Assembly: GCA_951406725.2 (NCBI GenBank) | Contig: OX597828.1 | Coordinates: 14,012,001-14,076,000 of the forward strand | Reading direction: 5' to 3' | From: Octopus vulgaris | Taxonomy: Eukaryota | DNA: 64,000 nucleotides | In this document: positions 41,081-54,625 of the stretch, one piece after another | How the letters are laid out: each line of letters opens with the position of its first letter | Numbering within the stretch: the stretch's first letter is position 1 | Notes under the pieces: generated by a model | Told to the model about the DNA's origin: nothing | The model's input: only the letters and a program-made list of their open reading frames with translations | Databases searched by the model: none | Position numbers and translations under genes: made by a program

Positions 41081-42514
41081 CGGTCAATACAATAAATATA
41101 AAAAGGGTAATACATAAATGTGCCAGAGGGGAAAGAGAGACACACAACCGAGTAGAATGTTTAAGAAAAGATTTATGGATATGTTAACATGTGTGTCTGT
41201 GTCTGCATCATGTATACAGAATAATAGACAGGCCGTCATGAGAACAAAGTGTATGTTGTATTGGCATGGATGTATGCGTGTGCGTTACGTACATGAGAAG
41301 TTAGACGAATGTCCATAGTCACAAGAATGAGAAATACCAGTTCAGTAATTGAAATACTGTATCAAGAGGTTGCGGCCATGATGCTGAGCCGGTTGTAGTA
41401 CATGTCATACGTGAAGTTGTTGCTGTAATGCTGCTGCTTGGGTCACTTGGTACAGGAGTTCTCACAGGTTGTATATTTGCTGTTGATCCATGGTGAAGTA
41501 ATTCTCGAACAGTGCAGTATTGAGACCTGTGCGAGCTGCTTGTTGAGCTGTGTACGTAGAGATGATGTTGACTACGTTAAGAAGATGAAGGTGGCGACGA
41601 AGACGGAGGTTGCCGTAATGCTGTTGGACGAGTGTCGTCGTCTGACGTTGTCGCTGGAACTGGCTGTGTTTTGAAACCAAAGACCTCGAGACGAAAAGGA
41701 ACTGGGTTTTTATAAGAAGCTATAGGTTCAAAACTGCGTTGAGAACGTGATTTATTTAGGGGCACCGATTAGTTATACGCAGCGAATTGGCGCGACAGAG
41801 TAAGAGACAAATTGCGCCAATACCAACCAATCAGAGTAATGGACGCAACGGGGTCCAAATAGCGGTCAAAGGCTAGCTGCACATATATATATAATAAAAG
41901 GGAAAGAGGACTTTCACTCGAGTGTTCGCTAGACAATAATGCAAAGCAAACAAATAATCTTATCTTCAGCAGACAAAAAACAATATTGCAGTCCCCAATC
42001 CTCATTAAAACCTGTTTTCTTCCTTCAGCGTTTTCTTGGTCTTCTTTCACACGATGGACTTTGAAGCTGACAAAATAAGAATATTAAAATATATATATAT
42101 ATACACGAGTACAGTCAGGCTGTGAAACTACTCTCAAATTCCACTTCAAATGGAAAGTCGCGTGCACCGTTGTCACAAGTTCATAATCATTAGCGTACTT
42201 GATCGCCACAGGCTCTCATTAACCAGTATCGGGAGCCAGTCAGGTGAGAAAGTTAACGTACATTCTAGAGTTAGATTAGAACTAAATCATGAGTGTAGCA
42301 GATGTCGAAATGGCCCTTGCGGCCTACAATTTTTTTAATAGTGGTGGTCAGTTGGAAAGGATTATTTCATTGAATTTTCATTTACTCTTTGGTATTTTAA
42401 ATATGTTCATTTTAAGATTGGAATAAAAATGATAAAGGACGAACCATGAATAAAAATAAGATTTGTTCTGCAAGATTTGGATTCATTCAAAAGGCCACAC
42501 GTAATGGCCTAGAA

Positions 42515-43216
42515 GGCCGTCGGTTCCCCACTCCAGCCATAAACCCATCTTTCATCGTCAGAGATGACGGTTTTCATGAAGTCTGGGTCGTGGTTAACAC
42601 AGTCTAGCATGTCCTGAGCGATTTCCATTTGGAATTGCTTCTGCAGCTTCGCCAACACCTTGGGGACGAATTTCGCTGACACCCTTCGCATGCACAAATC
42701 TTCCGTTAAAATGGAATGCACCGATCCTGTGCTTATTCCCTCTTTGTGAGCAATTTCCTGGATTGTTACACATTGGTCTTCCATGACTATTCGCCAAACC
42801 TTCTCAATTGGCTCCTCGTTGTGAATGGCCTGCGTCAGCGTGTCTTGCTCTCCACTGAGGTGCGGCCGTGTCTGAAACGGTTCTACCACTCATTGATTTG
42901 AATTTTGCCCATTGCATCATCGCCAAAGGCCTGGTGAATATTCTGTATGGTCTGAGCTTGAGTATCACCAAGCTTTAGGCAAGACGATACAATATCTCTG
43001 CTCAAATGCGTTCGTAGAAACGAAAATCCGACGAACGCGCACTACACGTCCGTTCTCTAGGTGTAACAATCCAGATCTGGGACGACTTACCAGCGTGAAA
43101 TTTTTCATGCCTGCGCAGGAAAGGTGGCTTCATCTCCCACCCAAAGGATTTTGCCCACACAGCATTAGTTTTGGCGGTAAAAAATTAAAATCGGTTACTT
43201 TTTTAATGCACTTTGT
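42515..43216 (-). mobile_element. 3'-truncated mariner (third family)
   Basis: VTIQEIAHKEGISTGSVHSILTEDLCMRRVSAKFVPKVL...VISDDERWVYG; degenerate TIR near 43190-43216. Confidence 0.8.
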
Positions 43217-44429
43217 TTCAGATGTACTCTTTTCTAAAATTTTTTTAAAAAGTCTCAAAAATTAACTCAGTTATGATATGCCCACACGGACGTATTAAAT
43301 GCATCCCAATTTTAGCTGTGTATATTCATGAAAAAAATGTGGGGTGTCTAATACGTTCGTGCGATTTTTTTTTAATGTAGTTAAATACGGTATTAATATT
43401 TTGTACAACGAAGGCGGTGGGATGGCAGAATCGTTAGCACACCCGGCAAAGTTCTTAGCAGCATTTCGTCCGTCTTTACGTTCTGAGTTCAAATTTCGCC
43501 GAAGTAGGCTTAGCCTTTCATCCTTTCGAAATCGGTAGAATAAGTACCAGTTGTGCACTGGGGTCAAAGTAATCGGCTTACTTCCTCATCCGAAATTGCT
43601 GGTGTTGTGCCAAAATTTGAAACCAATATTTCGAACAACTACGAAATAAAGTACAAAATAATGTACTTTATTTTATACAAAGGGAATGAAATGCAAGGCT
43701 GAGCGCAGTGTGATTTGAACTCATGTACTTTGTCCTTCGCTCTAACAACTCAGTTAATTTGCTACCATGTATATTGCACATGTAGTAACAGAGAGTGTGT
43801 AGGTTGGCGGTTTGCATGTCATTTTAGTTATTTCGATTCGGGTATTTTTGTTCTGCTGTAGGTGTGCAGGAGGTTTGTGGTCTGGTCCGTGTGGATGTGC
43901 TCTATAGGCGTGGCTTGTGTAGGTGTCTCAGGGTGTGGTCTGTGTACAATGTGTAGTGATATGAAGTGTACTTGATTGACTTTTGCTTTTCGTAGTTCGT
44001 ATGAGCCACGTAGGCGTGGCATAACCCATAATGGAACTAGTAATATATTACTTGTTCACCTCTGTTATTTCTTCGTTTGGGGCAAACGTAGAATCTGCGA
44101 ATGGTTATTTGACTATTCGTGTGTCGTTTTGCGTTCTTCACTGTCACACACACACACACACACACAAGTGAAAATTAATGAGACACACCTGAGATTCTTC
44201 ATCTGAGACCCTTAAATGAATGTATGTACCCACTTTGTTGTGGGCACCTACAAAACAGCATATGTAAAAAGTAATCACACACACACACACACACACACAC
44301 CACCACACACACACACACACACCACACCACACACACACACACACACAGAAGTATAAGTGCAGATGCATAAACCTACATATATGTATGCACGAAATCAACC
44401 ACATACAAAACAACCCGGGAACTGTCTTA

Positions 44430-45235
44430 GCTCGCCGCCTTTAAATATATTCTTTTCTACTCTAGACACAAGGCCCGAAATTTTGCGGGAGGGGGCCAGT
44501 CGATAAGATCGACCCCAATACGCAACTGGTAATTAATTTATCGACCTCGAAAGGATGAAAGACGGAATTTGAACTTAGAATGTAAAGACAGATGAAATAC
44601 CGCCAAGCATTACGCCCAGTGTGCTAACGTTTCTTATTTCTTTATTGCCCACAAGGGACTAAACACAGAGGGGACAAACAAGGACAGACAAAGGGATTAA
44701 GTCGATTACATCGACTCCAGTGCGTAAATGGTACTTAATTTATCGACCCCGGAAGGATGAAAGGCAAAGTCAACATCGGCGGAATTTGAACTCAGAACGT
44801 AGCGGCAGACGAAATACCTATTTCTTTACTACCCACAAGGGGCTAAACACAGAGGGGACAAACAAGGACGGACAAACGGATTAAGTCGATTATATCGACC
44901 CCAGTGCGTAACTGGTACTTATTTAATCGACCCCGAAAGGATGAAAGGCAAAGTCGACCTCGGCGGAATTTGAACTCAGAACGTAACAGCAGACGAAATA
45001 CCTATTTCTTTACTACCGACAAGGGGTCTAAACACAGAGGGAACAAACAAGGACAGACAAACGGATTAAGTCGATTATATCGACCCCAGTGCGTAACTGG
45101 TACTTAATTTATCGACCCTGAAAGGGTGAAAAGCAAAGTCGACCTCGGCAGAATTTGAACTCAGAATATAACGGCAGAGGAAATACAGCTAAGCATTGCG
45201 CCCGGTGTGCTAACGTTTCTGCCAGCTCGCCGCCT
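44430..45235 (-). mobile_element. Tandem multimer of SINE family A
   Basis: Three to four near-identical units of about 183 bp, joined at GAAATACC/TATTTCTTTA. Confidence 0.8.
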
Positions 45236-46178
45236 TACAAATAATACAATATTACATAAGTATTTTATAAGCATTTTATAAACATTCTATGTTTTTTTTT
45301 CTTTTCTGGAAACTCGCCGCGTACCGGTAGCTGATGGCTTGAGGACCGCACTGGTCTGCGGACCACCACTTTGAGTAGCTCTGTTCTACAGCATTCTTCA
45401 TATCACTCCTTAACTTATTTATTCAAATTCGTACCATTGACTCATTTGAGTTATTCCCCATGGTTCATTTTAGATTTTGTCGTGTATCTTTTACTTGTTT
45501 CAGTCATTAGACTGTGACCATGCTACAGCACCGCTTTGGAGAATTTTTAATCGAATGAATCGACTTCGATACTTTTCTTTTCTTTTTTTTTAAGGCTGGT
45601 ACTGATTCTATCGGCCTCTTTTGCTGAACTGCTAAGTTGTGGGGGACATAAACACACCAACACCGGTTGTCAAGCAGTGATGGGGAACAAAAGCAGACAC
45701 AAAGATACACACATATAGTTATAAAAATATGCATACATACGACGGGCTTCTTTCAGTTTCCACCTACTAAAATCCACTTACAAGGCTTTGGTTGGCATGA
45801 GGCTATAGTAGAAGATATTTGCCCAAGGTACCACACAGTGGGACTGAACTCGAAGCCATGTGGTTAGAAGGCAAGCTTGTAACCACACCGCTGTGCCTAT
45901 TTTTCTTTCTTTTTTTTTTATTTTTAATAATGCTTTCTTTCTTATATGTATTCTTTTTATTTTTTGTTTTACTTGTTTGTCATTTGAAGTATCACCTTGA
46001 AGAATTCTTAGTCAAGTGTGTCGACACCAAGACTTTTTTTTTTTTTGAAGCCTGGTACTCATTTTATTGGTCATTTTGCCAAACTGCTAAGTTACAGGAA
46101 TATAAAGACACAAGCACCGGTTGTCAAGCAGTGGTGGGGGGATGAACAAACATAGACACAAAAACACACACAAATGTA

Positions 46179-46215
<37 letters not shown>

Positions 46216-48257
46216 CAGGTTTATTTCAGTTTCCACCTACCAAATCCATTCACAAGGCTTTGGTCAGCCTGAGGCTATAGTAGAAGACACTTACCCAATG
46301 TGCCACGCAGTGGGACTGAACCCAAAACCATGTAGTTATGAAGCAAGCTTCTTACTATATTGTTGAGTATAAGCATTGAGTGTCTCTAATATTTTTGGGT
46401 CTTGCCAATGAAGTTGGAGTGATGCAGTACTCACGACTCCAAGACCAAATGACCATATCACCCTTACTATTCTTGTTGAAGGCACATGGCTGTGATCAGA
46501 GCGTTGGGTTTGCTCTAAGTTCCCCTCCGAGGTACAAGTATGGACAAGGGATTCTGCATGATTATTCACATCATGTAGAGCAAAGTAGTTTATTCGAGAT
46601 AATTTAGTGGGCTCCATTCCAATCAGCCAAAACATGAGTACCAACAGTTAATCTAGGTTTAGCATACAGAGTGGATTAGTCATTCAAATCGATCCCCAAT
46701 ACACATTTCAGTACAGTAACATTCTCCATCTGTCCAGTCGCTACTTTATGAAACATAAAGGGACACAAAGACATCAAAATTCAGACCCATACAAACAGAT
46801 TATTGTGATTGTCATCATGGTGGTTTCAACGTCCACTTTTTCCATGCTAGCATGGGTCAGATGGAATTTCTTGAGACAGTTATTTTATTTTTTACAGTCA
46901 GATGTCCCTCCTATCGCCAATCCTCACCTGTTTCCAAGAAAGGGAATATTTTCCTATAACTAGCCATTTCTTTTTTTCATAGAAGTCAGGAAATGAACAA
47001 CCCTGCTTGTATGACAATGATGCTCATTTACAACCATCACATGATGTCTAGAACATGGTTACACACAAACACATGCACACAACCCACCCCCCATGACATC
47101 CTTACTATTTTCACTGAAGACGCATAGCTCAGGGATTAGAGCATCAGGCTCACAATCATGAGTTAGTGAGTTCAATTCCCAGCCCAGACTGTGTGTTATG
47201 TTCTTGAGCAAAACACTTTATTTCATATTGCTCAAGTTCATTCAGCTGTAGAAATGAGTTGCGATGTCACTGGTGCCAAGCTGTATTGGCCTTTGCCTTT
47301 CCCTTGGACAACATCAGTGACATGAAGAGGGGAGGCTGGTATGCATGAGCAACTGCTGGTCTTCCATAAGCAACCTTACCTGGCCTTGTGCTCGGAAGGT
47401 AACTTTCTAGGTGCAATCCCATGGTCATTCATGACCGAAAGGGGTCTTTTACCTTTTTATCAAATATCAGAATGTTAAAGAACAAAAACAGGATGAAATA
47501 TTGCAAGACATTTCATCTGGTACTTGTCTACTTTCATCAGTTCATTGCTTGAAAAATGCCCCTTAACAACATAATAATCATCATCATTATCATCTTCAGT
47601 TCACGTCTATTTTCCATGCCGACATAGTCAAGATGGTGTGATAGGATAAGACGAGCTGCAGGGCTATTTTGATATCCAATATCAGTTTTGGCAAGGTTTC
47701 TATGGCTGGATGCCCTTCCTAATGCCAACCACTTTACAGTGTGTACTGGGTGCTTTTTACATGGCACCTGCTTTTCTTATGAATAAATAAAGAAAATTAA
47801 TAAAGAAAATGATGGAAGAACTAATAACTTCATAAAAGCAATTTTTAACTAAAATAGACATCAAGTACCTTGGGTACTTCATAAAATCGAGATAAACATC
47901 TGGTACCTTAGGTACTTTTAGAGCTTAGAGTTCATGCTGTTGCAAGCATCCAGGCCAGATCCCAATTTGAGAGCTTGAGGATATCTTCTTTCTACAAATG
48001 TTAGAAACCTGGAATAAAAAATAACAAAAGGATATGGGCATGGCCCTACACAACCTGAGAGAGCAGTGGAAAAAAAAACACATCTTATGGAATCGATATC
48101 TTTTTGAAACTTGAAAAAAGAAGATGGAAAATACAGTCTTACTTTTAGAGGTATCAACCATGGTATACAAAAAAGAAGACTGCAACCCCAGTATGGATGG
48201 GTGATGTGTAAAAAAGAATGATGATAGCTGGGTGAAAAGGTATTATATGATCTAAAT

Positions 48258-48912
48258 CCACTATTCTCAACTGGGGTCTATATGGCCCCTGAAGGGGTCC
48301 ATGCAACAAAATAGTAAACTGGAGATCCATAATAGTATTTTAAGGGCCCCTGAAAAAATTTTGCTTTTGATTTATTGAAGAAACAACTAGCTTTCTTTCT
48401 CTAACATTTTACATAGTTAATTGGGCATTCACCATATTATAAGTATTTTAAGGGCTCCTGAAAAAAGTTTGCTTTAGATTTATTGAAGAAACAACTAGCT
48501 TTCTCTCTCTAACATTTTACATAGTTAATTGGACATTTACAATATTATAAGCATTTTAAGGGCCCCTGGAAAAATTTTGCTTTCGATTTATTGAAGAAAC
48601 AACTAGCTTTCTTTCTCTAACATTTTACATAGTTAATTGGGCATTCACCATATTATAAGTATTTTAAGGGCCCCTGAAAAAATTTTGTTTTAGATGTATG
48701 CATTGGTATTTATTGCAAGAAACAGCTAGGTTTCTGTCTCTAACATCTTACATAGTTCAGCCTACAGAAGTTAATGTGCAAAAAACAAAATAGGAATTTC
48801 GGAAAAAGTTTCTATAAAACTAGTTTTTAAACATCAAATGGCTATGGGGGTCTACCTGAGTAAAAGAGTAATCAAAGGGGTCCATAGTTAGAAAAATGCT
48901 TGTGAACACCTG
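48258..48912. mobile_element. hAT MITE with internal 108-bp tandem repeat, inserted in an RTE-like LINE tail
   Basis: 8-bp TSD ATCTAAAT (48250-57, 48913-20), degenerate TIRs; TAAGGGC at 48341, 48449, 48557 and 48665. Confidence 0.75.
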
Positions 48913-49151
48913 ATCTAAATGGTAGGATTCTGTAGAAAAGGAAAACTGAAAAAAAAAGTCATAGGAAAAAAGAAAGACTGTGATGAAATTTTATCTAAGG
49001 CTGCTGAGCTTCACAGAAGTCACAAAGGACTGTAACAAGGGGGAGACGATATGTTGAAGCGGACAAGATAAATCCATGCCAACATGGAAATGCGGATGAT
49101 GGAGATGATGGTGACGATGGTGGAAGAGAGTGGGCAGGGTGTGGGTTGACG

Positions 49152-49182
<31 letters not shown>

Positions 49183-49533
49183 GGAGGAGGAGGAGAAAGA
49201 TAGTAGTGATTGCAATAATGATGATGATGATTACAATGGTGGTGGTGGTGGTGGTGAGGATAATGATGATGATGATTGCAATGGCAGTGGTGGTGACGAT
49301 GATGATGAGGAGGAGGAGGAGGGGGAAAGGAAAAGGATTGTTGTGATTGCAATGGTGGTGGTGGTCATGATGATGATGATGATTATGCTGACTGCTGTGA
49401 TGGTGGTGGTGATGGTAGAAACAATGCTGACAATTGCGGCAGTGGTGAGGTGGTAGTGATGGTGGTGGTATTGACTTAAGTTGGCTCTGCTCAGTTATAA
49501 CTTATTATACATCAAACAAGAACACTTTTACAT

Positions 49534-50292
49534 TTATTCAGTTTTTATTTGTGTATGCGGTAAATCAAGAGGGAGCTGTTCCCCAGAGACTGTTGTCAAA
49601 CTGACTGGAGAAAGAGTGGTGTTTGATTGAGTGTTTACGTTAGGACAGCTGTTGGACATTAGAGAATCAACTTCAACCTCAATCACAACTGACGTGCTGT
49701 AGTCTGGTTGATTGTGACTAATCATACCCGTTATCATTTGTGACAAATTACAGATGGTCTTCTGATATTGAAGTCCCGTTAAGGTCATTTTGTTGTCAAC
49801 ATGTTCGTAGTTCAGGAAAGAATCTGATTTGTTTAAGTTATTCTGAGACTCTGCTATGGTATTTTGCGAAGAACAGGAAATCGGGTCTGTTTCTTGTTTT
49901 ACCTTTATTCCTGATTGGCTAGGTCCTCCATCACAGTCGTTGTCCATCTGAAATCTGTTTGTTATTTGGTAGTTGAAATATATATTCATCTGTTCTTCAT
50001 TCGAAGATTTCAAAGATGTATTGGATTGGTTTTGCATTGTACATTGTTTATATCGATCCACAAGGCTCAAGATATTGTATACACCAAGGATCTTAGCAAT
50101 GCACTCCATGTTGTATAGAATATCTGAATTTAAAACCAGGACTCCTTCATACATATAGGTACAAAAGGCCCAGAGAGCTTCCTCTTGAATGTCAGGAGTA
50201 AAAGTTAACTGTAGGTATTCACCTTTCAGCACATCAGTATTTGGAATTTCCAGAAGTTTGGTACAAGTGGCAATGAGAAGATCTCGATGAAC
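49534..50292 (-). CDS. BTB/POZ-domain protein, last visible exon (BTB second part, low-complexity tail, stop)
   Basis: Acceptor tctctttcag at 50293; VHRDLLIATC..LL...ALWAFCTYMYEGVLVL...IAKILGV..ILSLV is a BTB signature; phase 0; 253 codons to TAA. Confidence 0.88.
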   Translation of the reverse strand, partial: VHRDLLIATCTKLLEIPNTDVLKGEYLQLTFTPDIQEEALWAFCTYMYEGVLVLNSDILYNMECIAKILGVYNILSLVDRYKQCTMQNQSNTSLKSSNEEQMNIYFNYQITNRFQMDNDCDGGPSQSGIKVKQETDPISCSSQNTIAESQNNLNKSDSFLNYEHVDNKMTLTGLQYQKTICNLSQMITGMISHNQPDYSTSVVIEVEVDSLMSNSCPNVNTQSNTTLSPVSLTTVSGEQLPLDLPHTQIKTE

Positions 50293-50439
50293 CTGAAAGA
50301 GATATTATATGAGATATTAATTACTTTCAAAGAAAATAATGATTTTTAAAAATCTTTTTTCATGCAGACATAAAGCCACAACTCTGTACAAGACAAACCA
50401 AAACAAGAATCCTCTACATCAATGATTCTTAACCTTTTT

Positions 50440-51000
50440 TGTAGTGCCTTGGTGGTACATAAAAAGCACCATCCATACGTGGCTGATGCCAGTGCCCTCT
50501 GATTGGCTCCTGTGTCGGTGGCATGTAAAAAGCATTATCTGAATGTGATCGATGACAGGGCCACCTGACTGGCTCCTATGCAGTGGCATGTAAAAAGCAG
50601 CATACAAACATGGCCAATGCCAGTACCCACTGACTGGCTCCTATGCCAGTGGCATGTAAAAAGCACTATCTAAACATGATCGATGCCAGGGCCACCTGAC
50701 TGGCTCTCGTGCCAGTGGTACATAATAAGAACCATCTGAATGTGGCCAATGCCAGGGCCCCCTGAATGGCTCCTGTGCCAGTGACATGTAAAAAGCACTA
50801 TCTAAATGTAATTGATGCCAGGGCCACCTGACTGGCTCTCGTGCCAGTGGTACATAATAAGAACCATCCGAATGTGGCCAATGCTAGAGCCTTCTGACTA
50901 GCTCCTGTGTCAGTGGCACGTAAAAAGCACTATCCAAATGTGATCGATGCCAGGCCCACCTGACTGGCTACTGTGCTGGTGGCACATAAAAAGCACCCAC
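50440..51000. repeat. Minisatellite of about 61-bp units inside a family D repeat
   Basis: GTGGCATGTAAAAAGCA...GATGCCAGGGCCACCTGACTGGCT repeated about nine times; related array in reverse at 62610-62900. Confidence 0.85.
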
Positions 51001-51349
51001 TATACTCTCGGAGTGGTTGGCCTTAGGAAGGGCATCCAGCTGTAGAAATTTTGCCAGATCAGAATGGAGCCTGATACAGCTGCTGGCTTTCCAGACCTCA
51101 GTCAAACTGTCCAACCCATGCCAGCATGGAAAACGGACGTTAAATAATGATGATGAGGAGGATTATGCCTGGTGCCTACCTAAGTTGTCAGTGAGATATC
51201 ATGGATGATAATTTATACATTTTATTCAAATGGAGATCATAATACAAGAAGAAAATACTTGAAGAAAACTATTCGAGACAAGAAATATAACATTAGAAAT
51301 GAATTATCTCTCATTTTATTTTAATAACCATTACAAGTTTTATCATGTA

Positions 51350-51641
51350 CTAGCACTATGACCCAACAATTTCCAACCAATCACATACAGCTAGCTGGCA
51401 TTCAATTGGCGTATTAAGTTTTGGGCATTTTGATTGTGTTTTGGGTAGAAAATTCACAAAAAAGTCACTTCTATTGATTTTTTAATGGCTTTGCGGAGTG
51501 ACTGGGGAAATGTAAAGATGTGCATGACCACCCTTGGATTGCTTTGAATGACCATAGAAAGTGCAAGCCCTCTAACTGAAAAATTGTGGATTTGTATAAA
51601 GGATACACACGCAGACATTTTACTGTTTATATATAGAGAGA
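51350..51641 (-). mobile_element. Degenerate non-autonomous Helitron
   Basis: Same termini as 12743-13541 (plus strand CTAGCA... and ...TTTATATATAGAGAGA); hairpin decayed. Confidence 0.55.
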
Positions 51642-53570
51642 TAATTACTATTATAGGTAAAATTCAATATGTTAATTATGTTACCTCACTGTCCCCTAAA
51701 GCCTAAACCCCACCCTTCACATGCTCAGTACTCCTTTTCACATACCCAGCACCCCCTTTCACATGCCCAGTTCCCCCTTTCTCAAGCCCAGCACCCCCTC
51801 GAAGGGAATGTCTTCCATGTTGAGAAACTCTGCTCTACATAGTCACTCAGTTTGCTAGATACATCAACTAAATTTACTCAAATCATTTTGAAAAGAAAGG
51901 ATTCATTGGATAGTAAAGGTAATGGGTAAAGACCCCTTTCGGTCATGAATGACCATGGGATTGCACCTAGAAAGTTCCCCTCTGAGGCACAAGTCTGAGC
52001 AAGGTTGTATATGGAAGACCAGCAGTTACCCATGCATACTAGTCTCCCTTCTCCTTGTCACAGATATTATCCAATGGAAAGGCAAAGGGGCCAATACAGC
52101 TTGGTACCAGTGACATCGCAACTCATTTCTACAGTTGAGTGAACTGGAGCAATGTAGCATAAAGTGTCTTGCTCAAGAACACAACACACAACCCGGTCCA
52201 AGAATAAAACTCACTACCTCATGATTGCATGGAGGCACATGGCCTAGTGGTTAGTGCAGCAGACTCGCGGTCGAGGGATTGCAGGTTCGAATCTCAGACC
52301 GGGCGATGTGTGTGTTTATGAGCAAAACACCTAAGCCCCAGGCAGCTCCGGCAGAAAGCAATGGCAAACTTCTGCTGACTCTTTCACCACAACTTTCTCT
52401 CACTTTTTCTTCCTGCATCTTGCAACTCACCTGCGATGGACCAGCGTCCCATCCAGGTGGGGAACCTATACACCAAGGAAACCGGGAAACCGGCCCTTAT
52501 GAGCCAGGCATGGCTCGAGAAGGAACAAACAAACAAAAATGATTGTGACCCCAACACTCTAACCACTGAGCCATTGGATAACATGGTGCTAAATATACAA
52601 AAACAAAGAAAGAGTGGGTATGCTCTTGATCATAAGTCTACTCACCCAAGGGTGACTGGGTTTAAACTATGACAACTTTGAGAATGCAAACCAACAGAGC
52701 AACGTCTGAGTATTCATAGGCTGTGGTAAGAAGTTTACTTCCCAATCACATGGTTTGGGGTTCAGTACCACTGCATGGCACCCTGAGCAGGTGTCTTCTA
52801 CTAAAGTTTTGTGACTGGATTTGTTTGATGAAAAGTGAAAGTGTGTCTGTGAGTGTGTGTGTGTTATATTTTTCCTTGCCCCAGCTTCACAAATGAGTGT
52901 CACCATCATGACTGCTTTCCTTCACATCCAGTCATCCATGAAAAATATGTTTAGCCATGCTTGGAAACCGGTTGAAAGTTGGTGATAGGAAAGACATCCA
53001 GCCACAGAAAATTCACATCAACAGATTCTAACTGACCCGTGCAAGCATGGAAGAATGGTCATTAAAAAGTGATAAAAAAAAAAGATCTGTTCTGCTCAGG
53101 GTTGCCTTGGCCTAAACAAAAACAACTCTTGTATTATGTAGTCTGTAGCTCTTCAATAAATAAAAACTGTTTTTGTTGTTGTTGTTGTTGGTCAGTCCAT
53201 AACTAAAAACATTCCGTCTGTTACTGCCTTATCTTTTTACTGGGCACAGAGAACTCAAGACAATGTTTCTTTTTGAGTCTTTTCTCTCTATGACGATAGG
53301 GTGAGAATTAAGGGAGATTTCACAGCTATTTCTAGAAAGTCGAATGACTATGGAGAGGTCCTCATTATTTCATGAAACATATTGTTTATTTGAGAAGGCA
53401 GGGTGTGTCATCTGAAAGGTATCTCACCACTATTTCTATTCAGCAAAATAAATGTATATGTATACAGGTATGCACACACACACACACGTGTGTGTGAGGA
53501 TATATATATATATATATGGAAAAAGAAAAGTCAGGTAGAAAATGCTAAAATAATTTTATAAAAAACATTT

Positions 53571-53606
53571 CAGTACTGGTTTCTGTCATTTAGACTTTTT
53601 CAACTG
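53571..53606 (-). ncRNA. Minimal hammerhead-like motif, U3-A8 variant, in a TA-flanked 210-bp element
   Basis: Minus strand: CAG-TTGAAAA-AGTCTAAATGACA-GAAA-CCAG-TA-CTG; (TA)n at about 53500 and 53735. Confidence 0.45.
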
Positions 53607-54150
53607 TAAGTATGGAAAACAATTAAATTTTGGAAGAATTAAAAGAAAATTTTGTTTTTAAAGAATATTTTACAAGAATATGTTCAAATACAAGTGGAAT
53701 TTCCCTTGTTTACTCTTGTGAGTTCGAGGTTATATATATATATATATAACATATTGTTCGTGTGCTGCTAGATTCAGAAGATTAAATGTGTTACAGGAAC
53801 ATGACAGGAAAAAAAACACACAATGAACATGAATATGCTCGACCCCTTATCATCTATTGGCCAAATATCACCACAATTTGTCACCACAGCAGTATCAGTA
53901 CCATAAGCTACTGCTGTATAACTGAGCAGACATGATAAACGACTGCAAATAACAAGAAATGATAAGGTCTCTAGACCAAACAGTAATTAACGATGAGTTA
54001 TGAGGAAAATGAAGAAAAATACATACAACGGAAGAAACAAATAGATAAGCAAGGACAATGACAGAGAAAAGATAATAAATGATAGAGAAAGATATCTATA
54101 TCACTCTATTTGGCTCATAAATAAGAATTAAAAACTAATTGATAACTTAC

Positions 54151-54367
54151 TAAGATTGTATGAGTTCCATTACTAATAGCTGCATTGCAAAATAACCTTG
54201 ATTTCCACATCTGATAAAGTTGGGTCATTACACAACTCTGATGATGCTGCATCTGGAATTTGTAGGTTGGTGGCTTTGGAACTGGAGATGGTGTTGGCAC
54301 CACAGAAGTCTGTGGTTGAACCAAGGCTGGTGGCGAATGTAACTGAACATTTTTCTTGTTTGGTTGA
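54151..54367 (-). CDS. BTB/POZ-domain protein exon (Pro-rich linker and BTB first part)
   Basis: ccatttacag acceptor, gtaagt donor; 217 nt, phase 2 to 0; ..HHQSCVMTQLYQMWKSRLFCNAAISNGTHTIL joins VHR. Confidence 0.88.
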
Positions 54368-54405
54368 CTGTAAATGGAACATTCATCATTAATACCTTTG
54401 TTTTA

Positions 54406-54625
54406 CCCTTCAGCATTCAGATTACTCTGTCAAATGTAATACTTATTTATTCACATTGTTTTTAATTAATTGTGCCTTATCTCATAGCTTCAAAATTTTG
54501 ATGATGTGATTATTTATCTTTAGAATGTCATTGTATGGTAGGTGTGAGAGGCTGAATCTCATAAGTTTGAACATAAAACAAGGATAATATTCTGGCCTGG
54601 TATGGCCGGTTTAAACACTAAAGGG
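54406..54625. mobile_element. piggyBac-like MITE
   Basis: CCCTTCAGCATT ... AACACTAAAGGG termini with TTTA/TTAA flanks. Confidence 0.6.

Noticed and set aside
49130-49456. Acidic Asp/Glu/Gly-rich ORF next to the BTB gene stop
   Set aside because: Degenerate (GAT)/(GGT)/(GAG) microsatellite grown from a LINE/SINE tail
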